Assembly (NCBI GenBank): GCA_030834125.1
Contig: JAURFW010000001.1
Span: 160,200-224,199 of the forward strand
DNA length: 64,000 bases
DNA from: Bacteroidota bacterium
GTDB taxonomy: Bacteria; Bacteroidota; Bacteroidia; NS11-12g; UBA955
Reading direction: 5' to 3'
In this document: piece by piece, positions 19,521-29,505 of the stretch
How the letters are laid out: each line of letters begins with the position of its first letter
Numbering within the stretch: the first letter of the stretch is position 1
The notes under the pieces: generated by a model
Database searches by the model: none
Told to the model about the DNA's origin: nothing
What the model saw: the letters and a program-made list of their open reading frames with translations, nothing else
Program-made: the position numbers and the translations under genes

Positions 19521-20891
19521 CTAAATTTCAGTATGAGGATCCCATTGTTCCAAATATTCGGCAACACGTTTTACAAACATACCACCCAGTGCACCATCAA
19601 CAACTCTATGATCGTAACTATGAGAAAGATACATCATATGTCTTATTGCAATTACATCTCCATGTTCCGTTTCTAAAACTGCTGGTTTCTTTTGAATTGT
19701 ACCAACGGCCATAATTGCAACTTGTGGTTGATTAATTACCGGTGTACCCATTATATTTCCGAATGAACCTACATTGGTAAGCGTATAAGTACCGCCTTGA
19801 ATTTCATCAGCAACAAGTTTGTTATCACGAGCACGGATAGCAAGATCGTTTACAGTGCGTGTTAGTCCTAAAAGATTCATTGAGTCGGCTTGCTTAACTA
19901 CAGGAACGATTAGGTTCCCATTTTTCTGAGCAACTGCCATTCCGATATTTATGTTGCGCTTTTTTATAATCTTGTTACCATCTACTGAAACATTAATCAT
20001 AGGAAAATCTTTAATTGCCTTTGCAATTGCCCACATGAAAATTGGGGTGAATGTAATATTTTCACCTTCACGCTTTTTGAAATCACCTTTGATTCTATTT
20101 CTCCAATTAACTAAATTGGTAACATCAGCCTCAACAAAAGAGGTTACGTGAGGACTCGTTTGCATGCTCATAACCATGTGATCTGCGATCATTTTGCGTA
20201 CACGGTCCATCTCAATAATCTCGTCACCGTTATTTAGAGACACTGAAGGCTTTGATTTTACTACTGCCTTTGACTCTATTATATTTTCCGGTTGAGATTC
20301 ATGAACAATTTGCGCAGGAGTTGTAGGTTGGTTATCTCTATTTTTTAAATACTTTAGAACATCGCTTTTTGTCACACGACCCTCTAAACCTGTTCCACCA
20401 ATTGATTCTAATTCAGTTTGAGACAACCCCTCTTTTGAAGCAATACTCATAACCAACGGGGAATAAAATCTAGAACCAGAGTTAGGAAGATAATTAGATT
20501 TTGGACTATTACTAGAATTATTAATTGAAGTTTGACTACTAGAAATCGCTATTTGGATCTCTTCTTCAATTTTGTCTGTAACGTCAGCTATATCATGAAT
20601 CTCTGCGATAGGTTCTGTTTCAGTAGGCTTCGAATCTGACCCTCCTTCCAATGAAATCATAGCAATAGGTTCTCCAATTTTTACCACATCACCATCCTGA
20701 AATAGTTGCTTGGTTAATACACCACTATCTGTGCTTGGAATTTCGTTATCTACCTTATCAGTTGCTATTTCAACTATGGGTTCGTCTTTCTCAACAGTAT
20801 CACCAACATTTTTTAACCAACGAATTACCGTGGCTTCGCTGATACTCTCACCCATTTTGGGGACTAGAATTGATTTCTCCGCCATATTCAA
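19521..20891 (-). CDS. dihydrolipoamide acyltransferase (E2 component of a 2-oxo acid dehydrogenase complex)
   Basis: A lipoyl domain 'EIATDKVDNEIPS' is followed by a Pro/Ser-rich linker and an E3-binding domain. The catalytic C-terminus 'SHSYDHRVVDGA' is present. Confidence 0.85.
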   Translation of the reverse strand: MNMAEKSILVPKMGESISEATVIRWLKNVGDTVEKDEPIVEIATDKVDNEIPSTDSGVLTKQLFQDGDVVKIGEPIAMISLEGGSDSKPTETEPIAEIHDIADVTDKIEEEIQIAISSSQTSINNSSNSPKSNYLPNSGSRFYSPLVMSIASKEGLSQTELESIGGTGLEGRVTKSDVLKYLKNRDNQPTTPAQIVHESQPENIIESKAVVKSKPSVSLNNGDEIIEMDRVRKMIADHMVMSMQTSPHVTSFVEADVTNLVNWRNRIKGDFKKREGENITFTPIFMWAIAKAIKDFPMINVSVDGNKIIKKRNINIGMAVAQKNGNLIVPVVKQADSMNLLGLTRTVNDLAIRARDNKLVADEIQGGTYTLTNVGSFGNIMGTPVINQPQVAIMAVGTIQKKPAVLETEHGDVIAIRHMMYLSHSYDHRVVDGALGGMFVKRVAEYLEQWDPHTEI

Positions 20892-20944
20892 TAAAGTGCG
20901 AATTTCGTCATTTTTGTTTAATCGACCAATCTAGTTATTTAATC

Positions 20945-21853
20945 TTAATTTTCTAATCCATTAATTAAGTTTAGTAATTCATTGGCTTGCATCATTTTAT
21001 GATTATTATTCTGTAACTTATATGAGTAATGAATATTTCTTAACATGCGCAACAAGATATCCTTACTACTGCAAGGGACCATAAATTGGTTATTGGGATT
21101 TATTTTGATAACTTTCAAGAATGCTAACAAGCTTTCTTTTGTAAATATTTGACCTTTACTGAATGGATTTATATAAAATATAATGGATTCCACTTTCTTA
21201 TTGGAAATCTCATCAAAATCCCAAATTTGATTTTGATTTAATTCTTGTTGTAGTTGACCATATCCCAATACAAAATGTTGGGGTAGGTTTACACCAAATA
21301 GTGGTATTCCCAAACTATTTGCTAAGGTTAAATAAAGTATTGATAAAGATATTGGATTTCCCGTTTTTGTTTCTAATACTCTCAATAAAATTGAATTATC
21401 TATATGATGATAATCTTCATTATTGCCTTTGAAGCCAAATACCTCAAAAAACACATGATTAATGACTTGAATTTGATCAATAGGGTTTTTCACCTCTGCT
21501 AATTTGATCCAAATTTGAAGCTTCAACTCATTTAAATGAGCTTTTATTTGTGCCTCTGTAATATTGGGATATTCAAGTCTGCTAGCTAAAACCCATGCAT
21601 TTAAAGGAGACAAAGAATTATTAGACAATGCTATTTTTACATCAGATTTTAAATTCTCAAATTGTATTTCTTGAATTACATTCTCAATGATACCTGAATA
21701 ACTAGGTAAAGCATCCTCAAACCACAATTTTTCAAGAACCGGGATTATCTTTTCGCAATCTTGAAGCATTGAGTTTCTAACCGTTTTAACTACTTCAGAA
21801 TCATCATCATCTAGAAGTTTTACCATGGCTATTATTTGAGACTCAGAATACAA
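20945..21853 (-). CDS. transglutaminase-like superfamily protein (SirB1/YchA-type, Transglut_core2)
   Basis: 'GNPISLSILYLTLANSLGIPLFGVNLPQHFVLGY' matches the Transglut_core2 consensus of SirB1-family proteins. Confidence 0.55.
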   Translation of the reverse strand: MYSESQIIAMVKLLDDDDSEVVKTVRNSMLQDCEKIIPVLEKLWFEDALPSYSGIIENVIQEIQFENLKSDVKIALSNNSLSPLNAWVLASRLEYPNITEAQIKAHLNELKLQIWIKLAEVKNPIDQIQVINHVFFEVFGFKGNNEDYHHIDNSILLRVLETKTGNPISLSILYLTLANSLGIPLFGVNLPQHFVLGYGQLQQELNQNQIWDFDEISNKKVESIIFYINPFSKGQIFTKESLLAFLKVIKINPNNQFMVPCSSKDILLRMLRNIHYSYKLQNNNHKMMQANELLNLINGLEN

Positions 21854-21856
21854 AAT

Positions 21857-24355
21857 CTATTTTTTAGATTTAGCTTTGGTTTTCTTAGTTGTTTTTTTCT
21901 TTGCAGGAGTTGCCTTTGCAATGTTCAAAATTTGCTCAATCGTGATATCTTCAGCTTGTATATCTTTTGGGATTTTTAGGTTTTCCTTTCCATGCTTGAT
22001 ATAAGGTCCATAACGCCCTCTAAGCACTTGAGTATCTGGATGTCCATCAAATTCTTTGATTAATTTTTTCTTCTCAGATTCTCTTTTTTCTGATATTAGT
22101 TCAATAGCTCTTTCCAATGATATACTTAAGGGGTCTTCTGACTTTGGAATACTTGCAAATAATGAACCGTGTTTAACATAAGGACCAAACCTACCATTTC
22201 CTACAGTAATTTTTGAACCTTCCAAGTCTCCAAGTTCCAAAGGAAAAGACGGTTGCTTCAAAGCATCTATAATGATAGCTTCGATAACATCTTGATTTAG
22301 TGTTAGTAGGGTCTCTTCTGAATCAAGATTTATATATCTGTCTTTAAATTTCAAATATGGTCCATATCTTCCTTTTCCCACAGTTACTGGTTCTCCCTCA
22401 AATTCGAAACCAGTATTCATAAGAGATAACAATTGTATTGCTTCTGCAAATGATATTGATTCCAATCTTTGGCTATTCAACAAACTAGCGAATTGAGGAG
22501 TCTCAGTCTCTTCAGAAGACCCCAATTGAACCATGGGCCCGAATTTTCCCATTCTTACAAGAACTGTCATCCCAGACATTGGATCATTACCTAATATTCT
22601 TTCTCCGCGTACTCTATCAGCTTCTGATTCAGTTTTCTCTAGCGTTGATTTAAAAGGGCTGTAGAATGTTTTTAACATATCTTGCCAAGACTTCATCCCT
22701 TGAGCAATTTCATCAAATTCTTTTTCTACCGAGGCCGTAAAACCATAATCCATAATGTCGGTAAAATGTTCAGATAAAAAGTCTGTAACTAACATCCCAA
22801 TATCCGATGGGAATAATTTATTTGACTCGGCATCGTAGTTTTCAGAAATAGCGGTTTCTACAATATCATATGAGGTAAGTTCAAATTGTTTTACTTCTCT
22901 AACCTTGGCAGGACGACTCTCTTTGGTTATATATCCCCTATTTTGAATAGTTTGGATGGTAGGTGCATATGTTGACGGCCTACCTATTCCTAACTCCTCT
23001 AATTTTTTCACTAATGATGCTTCAGTATATCTTGGAGGATGTTTTGAAAATCTTTCTTTAGCGATGATTCTATCATATGCTAACTTTTCTCCTTTGTCTA
23101 CTTTAGGCAATAAGCCAGCATTATCCTCATCACCTTCATCGTCTGTTCCTTCCAAATAAACCTTTAAAAAACCTTCAAATTTCATCACTTCACCGTCTGC
23201 CTTGAAAATTAATTGATTCTTATTATTGCTAAATGTAATAATAGTTTTTTCAAGTTCGGCTCTGCTCATCTGGGATGAAATTGCGCGCTTCCAAATAAGT
23301 TGATATAATTTCTTTTCTTGTGGGGTATTCCCAGCTTCGTGATTGCTAAAATAGGTAGGTCTTATTGCTTCATGTGCTTCTTGGGCAGAACTATTTTTTG
23401 TTGCAAAATTTTTAGGCGCAGAGAATTTCTCACTATAAGAAGTAAGGATTTCCTGCTTTGCACCATCTACAGCAGTTTTACTCAAATTTGTTGAGTCAGT
23501 TCTCATATAAGTGATATGACCGTTCTCGTATAACTTTTGCGCTAATTGCATAGTTAATCCAACTCCATATCCTAATTTTCTTGCAGCTTCTTGTTGAAGA
23601 GTTGATGTTGTAAATGGAGGAGCGGGATTTCTGTAAGTAGGCTTAACTTCAATTGAGTCCACATTAAATGTTGCTCCGGCAATTTGATTTAATATCTCTT
23701 TTGCGTCGGAATTTGATTTTGGACGATTGGTTAATTCTGTATCAATTAATTTACCCTCTTCAGTTTTCAACTTTGCCCAAATACGGTATTCACTGCTTGC
23801 TTGAAAATCAAATATTTCTCTTTCTCTTTCAACGACCAATCTAACAGAAACTGACTGTACACGGCCAGCACTTAAATTTGGTTGAACACGCTTCCAGAGA
23901 ATCGGTGATATTCCAAATCCAACCAAACGGTCAAGAATTCTCCGCGCTTGTTGAGCATCTACGAGATAATTATCTATTTGTCTCGGATTCTCTACTGCCT
24001 TTAAAATTGCAGGCTTAGTTATTTCGTTAAATACAATTCTTTTTGTTTCCTTTTTTTCAAGTTTCAATTCCTCATACAAATGCCAAGATATTGCTTCTCC
24101 CTCTCGGTCCTCGTCCGTTGCTAACCATATTACTTCACTGTCTTTAACATATTTTTTTAAGTCTTTTACTATTGAAAATTTTTCTGGTGACACCTCATAT
24201 TTTGGAATAAATCCATTATTTATATCGATTGCGTCATTTCCATCAGCAAGGTCACGAATGTGTCCTTTACAAGAAACTACTTTAAACTCTTTACCGAGGA
24301 ATTTTTCAATTGTTTTTGCTTTCGCTGGAGACTCTACTATTACCAAGTTCTTCAT
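21857..24355 (-). CDS. topA: DNA topoisomerase I
   Basis: The TOPRIM N-terminus 'LVIVESPAKAKTIEKFLG' and the catalytic Tyr region are present. C-terminal Zn-ribbon/Lys-rich tail repeats bring the product to 832 aa. Confidence 0.95.
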   Translation of the reverse strand: MKNLVIVESPAKAKTIEKFLGKEFKVVSCKGHIRDLADGNDAIDINNGFIPKYEVSPEKFSIVKDLKKYVKDSEVIWLATDEDREGEAISWHLYEELKLEKKETKRIVFNEITKPAILKAVENPRQIDNYLVDAQQARRILDRLVGFGISPILWKRVQPNLSAGRVQSVSVRLVVEREREIFDFQASSEYRIWAKLKTEEGKLIDTELTNRPKSNSDAKEILNQIAGATFNVDSIEVKPTYRNPAPPFTTSTLQQEAARKLGYGVGLTMQLAQKLYENGHITYMRTDSTNLSKTAVDGAKQEILTSYSEKFSAPKNFATKNSSAQEAHEAIRPTYFSNHEAGNTPQEKKLYQLIWKRAISSQMSRAELEKTIITFSNNKNQLIFKADGEVMKFEGFLKVYLEGTDDEGDEDNAGLLPKVDKGEKLAYDRIIAKERFSKHPPRYTEASLVKKLEELGIGRPSTYAPTIQTIQNRGYITKESRPAKVREVKQFELTSYDIVETAISENYDAESNKLFPSDIGMLVTDFLSEHFTDIMDYGFTASVEKEFDEIAQGMKSWQDMLKTFYSPFKSTLEKTESEADRVRGERILGNDPMSGMTVLVRMGKFGPMVQLGSSEETETPQFASLLNSQRLESISFAEAIQLLSLMNTGFEFEGEPVTVGKGRYGPYLKFKDRYINLDSEETLLTLNQDVIEAIIIDALKQPSFPLELGDLEGSKITVGNGRFGPYVKHGSLFASIPKSEDPLSISLERAIELISEKRESEKKKLIKEFDGHPDTQVLRGRYGPYIKHGKENLKIPKDIQAEDITIEQILNIAKATPAKKKTTKKTKAKSKK

Positions 24356-24363
24356 TCTAGTTC

Positions 24364-26466
24364 TTAATCTAATATATTCAGTGTTTGAGTTGCCGCACCA
24401 TCAGTTGTATTAACGTTTAAGTAGTATATACCAGATGCAAGATCTGACAACTCTATATTGTATTTAAATAATCCAACCTCAATATTATCAATTTTGTCTT
24501 CAAAAACTTCTCTACCCATTTGATCTACGATCGAGACTACTGCACCATTAATTTTTTTGTAAGTATTGAATTGCACTTTTACAAAATCAACTGTAGGGTT
24601 AGGATAGATTTTTATTTCCGCAATATCAGAATTTATATGATTCGTGTTCGCATACCATTGACTGATATTTATGTTATCAATGTAAATAGGATTTCCTCCC
24701 GCGCTCACCACATCAATTCTAAAAATTGCGTTTTCAGCATCTCCATAACCAAGATTATCCAAAGCTGCAAGGCCTTGCCTTTTCCACTGACTATTAGACG
24801 TTGGTTTAAAGTTTGATGTATATGATGCATTTAAGTAGGATAATGCTGCTCCTCTTCTTTCGAATATTTGTTCCCACGACCCACCGCAATCTGTAGAGAT
24901 GAAAATTCTAAGTATTTCTGATACGTCGGCTGAAGGTTGAGCATAGGAAGTATAAAATGTAAACTTAGGCGAACTTGTTCCACTCAACTGTTTCAAATTA
25001 AAAGATTGGGTTTTGAAACTATACACTTTTCCAGGAGTTGATCCAGTTATTATAGGAGCGTAAAAGGAGTTATCTCCAGTATATGCTACTTGATCCGTAA
25101 TTTTAAACTGCGTTCCTGATGGCGATAAGTTTACGATTCTGCCGTCTGACGTTGGGTCAACATTTTCAAATCCCTCCTCATAATTGGGATATGCCTGAGA
25201 AATAGATGGGAGGACTGTGATATAATCTGATTTTGTAGCAGTTGTATTTCCATATGAGTTTTGAACTGTAAGAGATACGGAATATGTTCCAGGAGATTGA
25301 TATATTACCTCCGGATTTATATCTGTTGATGAAGGCTTAGTAGAACCTTGTATTGTCCAAGATCGAACATTAGGTTCTCCTTTACAAGATAAATCGTAGA
25401 ATTTCACTGGAGTTCCAGCGCATATCACAGTACTTGAAGCGGTAAACTCTGCTAAGGGTTTTGTTGCTTGTTTTAAAACACCAGTTGCAATTAAATTTGA
25501 TGACGCCGTATTGGCATTTCTAGGATTTGAAGTTAATGAAGTATGCATCCTATCAATTTGATCAAATGTAAATGCCGCCATACAATTTCCATCTGAATAA
25601 TCCATGTAATTTTCCCACATATCTAAATCGTCCGGACTGTCGTTGGTACAAGAATTGCCATTTGCAGGACAATTTGCATTCGAAAAAGTTCCATTTACAG
25701 GGGGGGTATCCGCACAACCATCACCTGAACTGCAACCACCCTGAAATGTATGGTAAAGTCCTAGCCAATGACCCAACTCATGGGTTAGGGTTCTACCGCC
25801 GTCAGAATTTGCTGCGGTGCCAATAGTACCTACTCTGTCGTGACGTATCACAATCCCATCTTTATTAAATCCAGCGGTCCAGGGGAAAACTGCATAACCG
25901 AGAACAGTTCCTGTACCGGACCCGTCAACAATATTTGTTACTACCCAAATATTCAAATATTTCTTATAATTCCAATAAGCAAGATCCTTTACTGGCTCAT
26001 CATTCATATACATATCTACCCCTTCAGTGGAATAAATTCTATTGATTCCGTCAAAGCAATTCCCATTTGGGTCTATAGATGCAAGTTCAAATTGAATATC
26101 AGCAGACCCGACACGATTAACAAATTGTGACCTTAAACTAGACTTATTAGCATTTGTATAAGAAAAATCTTCATTTAAGACCCTGATTTGATCAAGAATC
26201 TGTTCACGGGAGATATTTTCAGGACCATTAGTATGAATCACGTGAAAAACTACAGGAATAGTATACTTGGTAGCTCTTTTATTCACAGAGGATTTTATCT
26301 TTTTGTAATCCGTAACTTCCCCCTCAAATTGTTGTTGACTTTTTATAATTTCTGGATGTTTTTCAACCAAATTATCATAATAAATATCGGTTCCGCACTT
26401 ATGTTGAGCATGTGCTTGTGCAGTCAACATAAAAAACCCTATCACTAAAAATTTTATTTTTTGCAT
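24364..26466 (-). CDS. secreted zinc metalloprotease, M43 (pappalysin/ulilysin-like), with a PKD-like domain and a T9SS type A C-terminal sorting domain
   Basis: A signal peptide is present. 'HELGHWLGLYHTF...GCADTPP' is the metzincin M43B signature. The C-terminal ~80 aa end in '...GIYYLNVNTTDGAATQTLNIL', typical of the Por secretion-system sorting domain. Confidence 0.75.
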   Translation of the reverse strand: MQKIKFLVIGFFMLTAQAHAQHKCGTDIYYDNLVEKHPEIIKSQQQFEGEVTDYKKIKSSVNKRATKYTIPVVFHVIHTNGPENISREQILDQIRVLNEDFSYTNANKSSLRSQFVNRVGSADIQFELASIDPNGNCFDGINRIYSTEGVDMYMNDEPVKDLAYWNYKKYLNIWVVTNIVDGSGTGTVLGYAVFPWTAGFNKDGIVIRHDRVGTIGTAANSDGGRTLTHELGHWLGLYHTFQGGCSSGDGCADTPPVNGTFSNANCPANGNSCTNDSPDDLDMWENYMDYSDGNCMAAFTFDQIDRMHTSLTSNPRNANTASSNLIATGVLKQATKPLAEFTASSTVICAGTPVKFYDLSCKGEPNVRSWTIQGSTKPSSTDINPEVIYQSPGTYSVSLTVQNSYGNTTATKSDYITVLPSISQAYPNYEEGFENVDPTSDGRIVNLSPSGTQFKITDQVAYTGDNSFYAPIITGSTPGKVYSFKTQSFNLKQLSGTSSPKFTFYTSYAQPSADVSEILRIFISTDCGGSWEQIFERRGAALSYLNASYTSNFKPTSNSQWKRQGLAALDNLGYGDAENAIFRIDVVSAGGNPIYIDNINISQWYANTNHINSDIAEIKIYPNPTVDFVKVQFNTYKKINGAVVSIVDQMGREVFEDKIDNIEVGLFKYNIELSDLASGIYYLNVNTTDGAATQTLNILD

Positions 26467-26534
26467 TTTGCTACAAATAAAGTTTAAATCTTTTTGACAT
26501 TTAAGAATCTTTCCAAAAAATGAGATTGATAATC

Positions 26535-26915
26535 CTAATAATAAGACGAACGAAATCCTGTATACGAATCTTTATAATGTACCAATTGAATTGACCATTT
26601 GTTTTTAATAATTGCAATTACATCAAATCTAATTCTTTTATTATGAGGATATTGAACATTAAATTGATGGGCTGATTTTAGTATATTATTCCACTTTTTA
26701 GAGTTTATTTTAGTTTCTGGAAAGTTATTAGAAGTACCACTTAAATATTTAACTTCAACAAAAGCCCGAAAATTACTTTTTTCTACAATTAAATCTAATT
26801 CTGCATGGCCATTATGCCAATTTCTGCTAATTATCTCATAATTTGAGCGAAAAAGCCATTCTTCAGCTACATTTTCAAAATATAATCCAACCGCTCTTCT
26901 ATTTTGTGGTTTCAT
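26535..26915 (-). CDS. YraN/UPF0102 family endonuclease
   Basis: 'GHAELDLIVEKSNFRAFVEVKY' matches the UPF0102 core (D...E.K) in a 126-aa product. Confidence 0.65.
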   Translation of the reverse strand: MKPQNRRAVGLYFENVAEEWLFRSNYEIISRNWHNGHAELDLIVEKSNFRAFVEVKYLSGTSNNFPETKINSKKWNNILKSAHQFNVQYPHNKRIRFDVIAIIKNKWSIQLVHYKDSYTGFRSSYY

Positions 26916-26955
26916 TAATTCAAAGTTATTGTCCTGATAGTTATTTGCGGTTTGG

Positions 26956-27648
26956 ATGACTTATTTTTGCTCAATGAATTTTTGCAAAATTCACAAATTG
27001 GGAGTGGAATCCTATTTTAAGGTATGGGAATTTCAAAAGAAACTATTTGCCGAGAATATCCTAAATAAAGAAAATAAACAACCAACTCTGAATCATTTGA
27101 TAATTGTTGAACATCCTCATGTATACACTTTCGGAAAATATGGAAAACAAGAAAACCTCCTTGTATCTAAAGATTGGTTAAAGCAAAGAGGAGCAGAAGT
27201 TTACAGTGTTGAAAGAGGAGGTGATATTACCTATCACGGGCCTGGTCAATTAGTAGTATATCCAATATTCGATTTGGAGTCAATGAAACTAGGATTAAAA
27301 GCATATATTCAAATGTTAGAGAAATCAATAATTGAGTTGCTTGCAGAATTTGACATCAAATCGGAAATTGTATCTGGTAAAATTGGAGTATGGATTGATG
27401 TTGGAGGAAATAATGAAAGAAAAATTGCAGCAATTGGAGTGAAAAGTTCAAAGTTTATTACCATGCATGGTTTGGCATTAAACGTTTCACCTGACTTATC
27501 CATGTTTAACCATATCGTTCCTTGTGGTATTAAGAATAAAGGAGTGAGTAGCATTAGTAATGAATTGAACGAAAAAATTGATATATCGATAGTGAAATCA
27601 AAATTAATAGAGATTTTGAAGGTTAACTTTGATTTAGATTTTTTATGA
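26956..27648 (+). CDS. lipB: lipoyl(octanoyl) transferase
   Basis: The 'HPHVYTFG' and 'RGGDITYHGPGQLVVYP' LipB motifs and the catalytic 'KI(A)AIG' region are present. Confidence 0.85.
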   Translation: MTYFCSMNFCKIHKLGVESYFKVWEFQKKLFAENILNKENKQPTLNHLIIVEHPHVYTFGKYGKQENLLVSKDWLKQRGAEVYSVERGGDITYHGPGQLVVYPIFDLESMKLGLKAYIQMLEKSIIELLAEFDIKSEIVSGKIGVWIDVGGNNERKIAAIGVKSSKFITMHGLALNVSPDLSMFNHIVPCGIKNKGVSSISNELNEKIDISIVKSKLIEILKVNFDLDFL

Positions 27649-28250
27649 AAAGAACTGGAATTTTAACCCTTGCAATTATCGCTTTTTTGGGATTAATTTT
27701 ATTTGGAACTGGTTGTAATGCATACAATGGACTTGTAGATTTAGATGAAGAAGTTTCAAAATCATGGAAGAATGTAGAAGCCCAATATCAACGCCGAGCA
27801 GATTTAATTAAAAACTTGGCAGAAACTGTTGTAAAAGCAACTGAAAGTGAGAAGGATATATTGTCGAGTGTTATTGAAGCTAGATCTAGAGCAACAGGTG
27901 TAACATTGGATGGTGATAATTTAACTCCTGATAAAATCAAACAATTTGAGGCCGCACAACAAAATATGTCTGGTGCACTCAGTCGGTTGATGTTAGTGGT
28001 GGAAAGGTATCCTAATTTAAAATCAATTGATCAGTTTAACAAGTTAAATGATGAATTGTCTGGCACAGAAAATAGAATCTCTACTGCCCGAATTGACTTC
28101 AATGAAATGGTTGCTAAATACAATAAAAAAGTACGTCGGTTCCCGTCGAATATATTTGCGGGTATGTTTGGGTTTGAAAAGAAGGTTGGATTCGAATCAA
28201 AACCAGGAGCTGATGAAGCTACGGATTTAGGAGAGATATACAACAAGTAA
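27645..28250 (+). CDS. lemA: LemA family protein
   Basis: An N-terminal TM helix is followed by 'YNGLV...EVSKSWKNVEAQYQRRADLIKNL', the LemA consensus. Confidence 0.85.
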   Translation: MKRTGILTLAIIAFLGLILFGTGCNAYNGLVDLDEEVSKSWKNVEAQYQRRADLIKNLAETVVKATESEKDILSSVIEARSRATGVTLDGDNLTPDKIKQFEAAQQNMSGALSRLMLVVERYPNLKSIDQFNKLNDELSGTENRISTARIDFNEMVAKYNKKVRRFPSNIFAGMFGFEKKVGFESKPGADEATDLGEIYNK

Positions 28251-28256
28251 ATACAA

Positions 28257-28721
28257 ATGAGTATTTGGGCGAGAATTTTTAGTGCACATCGTATTCCTTC
28301 AGGTATTAATCTCGATGTTAAAGCAATTTCAAATGCAATTGCCTTAGCAGAAGAAGGAACCTCGGCAGAAATCAGAGTGCATTACACCATTTGTAAGGGC
28401 AAATTAGATATTCTAGAAGATGCAAAAAAGGTCTTTAATCAATTGGGGATGCAAAATACTAAGAATAGAAATGCCGTACTCATCTATTTAAGGTTAAATC
28501 AAAAACAAATCAGTATTATCGGTGATTCAGGGATTCATACTCATGTTGGGGATGATTTTTGGAATGCAGTTAAGGATGAGGTTATTGAGACCATTAAATC
28601 TTCAAACCTTACAAAAGGAATTGAAAAAGGAATTTCTATACTTGGAAATCAACTAGGAAAACATTTCCCTCCATCTGAAGAAAATCCGAATGAACTATCA
28701 AACGAAGTCACTTTTGGATAA
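28257..28721 (+). CDS. TPM (TLP18.3/Psb32/MOLO-1) domain protein, soluble
   Basis: The gene sits in the position of the LemA-associated TPM genes. It has an alpha/beta phosphatase-like fold pattern. Domain assignment is by context and weak similarity. Confidence 0.5.
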   Translation: MSIWARIFSAHRIPSGINLDVKAISNAIALAEEGTSAEIRVHYTICKGKLDILEDAKKVFNQLGMQNTKNRNAVLIYLRLNQKQISIIGDSGIHTHVGDDFWNAVKDEVIETIKSSNLTKGIEKGISILGNQLGKHFPPSEENPNELSNEVTFG

Positions 28722-29505
28722 ATTCAAGGATTACACAAGGCTAATTAGCAAAAACACCATTTTATTTTTTGCATCCGTAATTATTAACATTGGTTCAGTT
28801 TATGCTGAACAAACGTTGCCAAAATTCACAAACTATGTTAATGATTACAGTGGTGTTCTAAAAACCCAAGAAGTGAAATTACTTAATTCCTTAATGAGTA
28901 GTTTTGAAGATTCCGTTGGTGTTCAGATTGCAGTTTTAGTTGAGGAATCATCTCAACCCTATGACGTTTTTGATCGTGCTTTATTTGTTTCAAGAGGATG
29001 GAAAATTGGTAACAAAGGTGTAAATAACGGAATATTGATTTACCTCGCCATTAATGATAGAAAATACCATATTATTACTGCGGATAAAACGCAGGGGGCT
29101 TTAACGGATGGTATTATTGGCGAAATTGGTAGAAAAGCCTTGGTTCCATATTTAAAACAAGGAGATTATTACAGCGCCATTCGTGAAACGACTTATGAAT
29201 TAGCTTTTGCTGTAAAAGGCGAGTTTAATGGAAGAACAAGAAAATCAGAAAAAAAAGTTAATAATCCTTTAACCAAGATTCTTGGTCCGATAATATTTCT
29301 GGTTCTGTTTTACCTAATATTTTTCCGCCGAGGCGGTGGAGGTGGAATTGGAAGAAGGGGAATTTATCACACGCCCCTTTTCTTCGGTGGATTTGGCAGC
29401 GGCCATAGCAGAGGAGGACGTAGTTTTGGGAGCGGCAGTGATGGCTTTGGAGGCTTCGGTGGTGGTGGTGGTTTCAATGGTGGCGGCGCTGGCGGAAGCT
29501 GGTAG
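28690..29505 (+). CDS. TPM domain protein with C-terminal TM helix and Gly-rich tail (YgcG-like)
   Basis: The TPM core 'YVNDYSGVL...VQIAVLVEES' is present, with a signal peptide. A TM helix 'ILGPIIFLVLFYLIFF' is followed by a 'GGGGGIGRRG...GGFGGGGGFNGGGAGGSW' tail typical of this family. Confidence 0.7.
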   Translation: MNYQTKSLLDKFKDYTRLISKNTILFFASVIINIGSVYAEQTLPKFTNYVNDYSGVLKTQEVKLLNSLMSSFEDSVGVQIAVLVEESSQPYDVFDRALFVSRGWKIGNKGVNNGILIYLAINDRKYHIITADKTQGALTDGIIGEIGRKALVPYLKQGDYYSAIRETTYELAFAVKGEFNGRTRKSEKKVNNPLTKILGPIIFLVLFYLIFFRRGGGGGIGRRGIYHTPLFFGGFGSGHSRGGRSFGSGSDGFGGFGGGGGFNGGGAGGSW

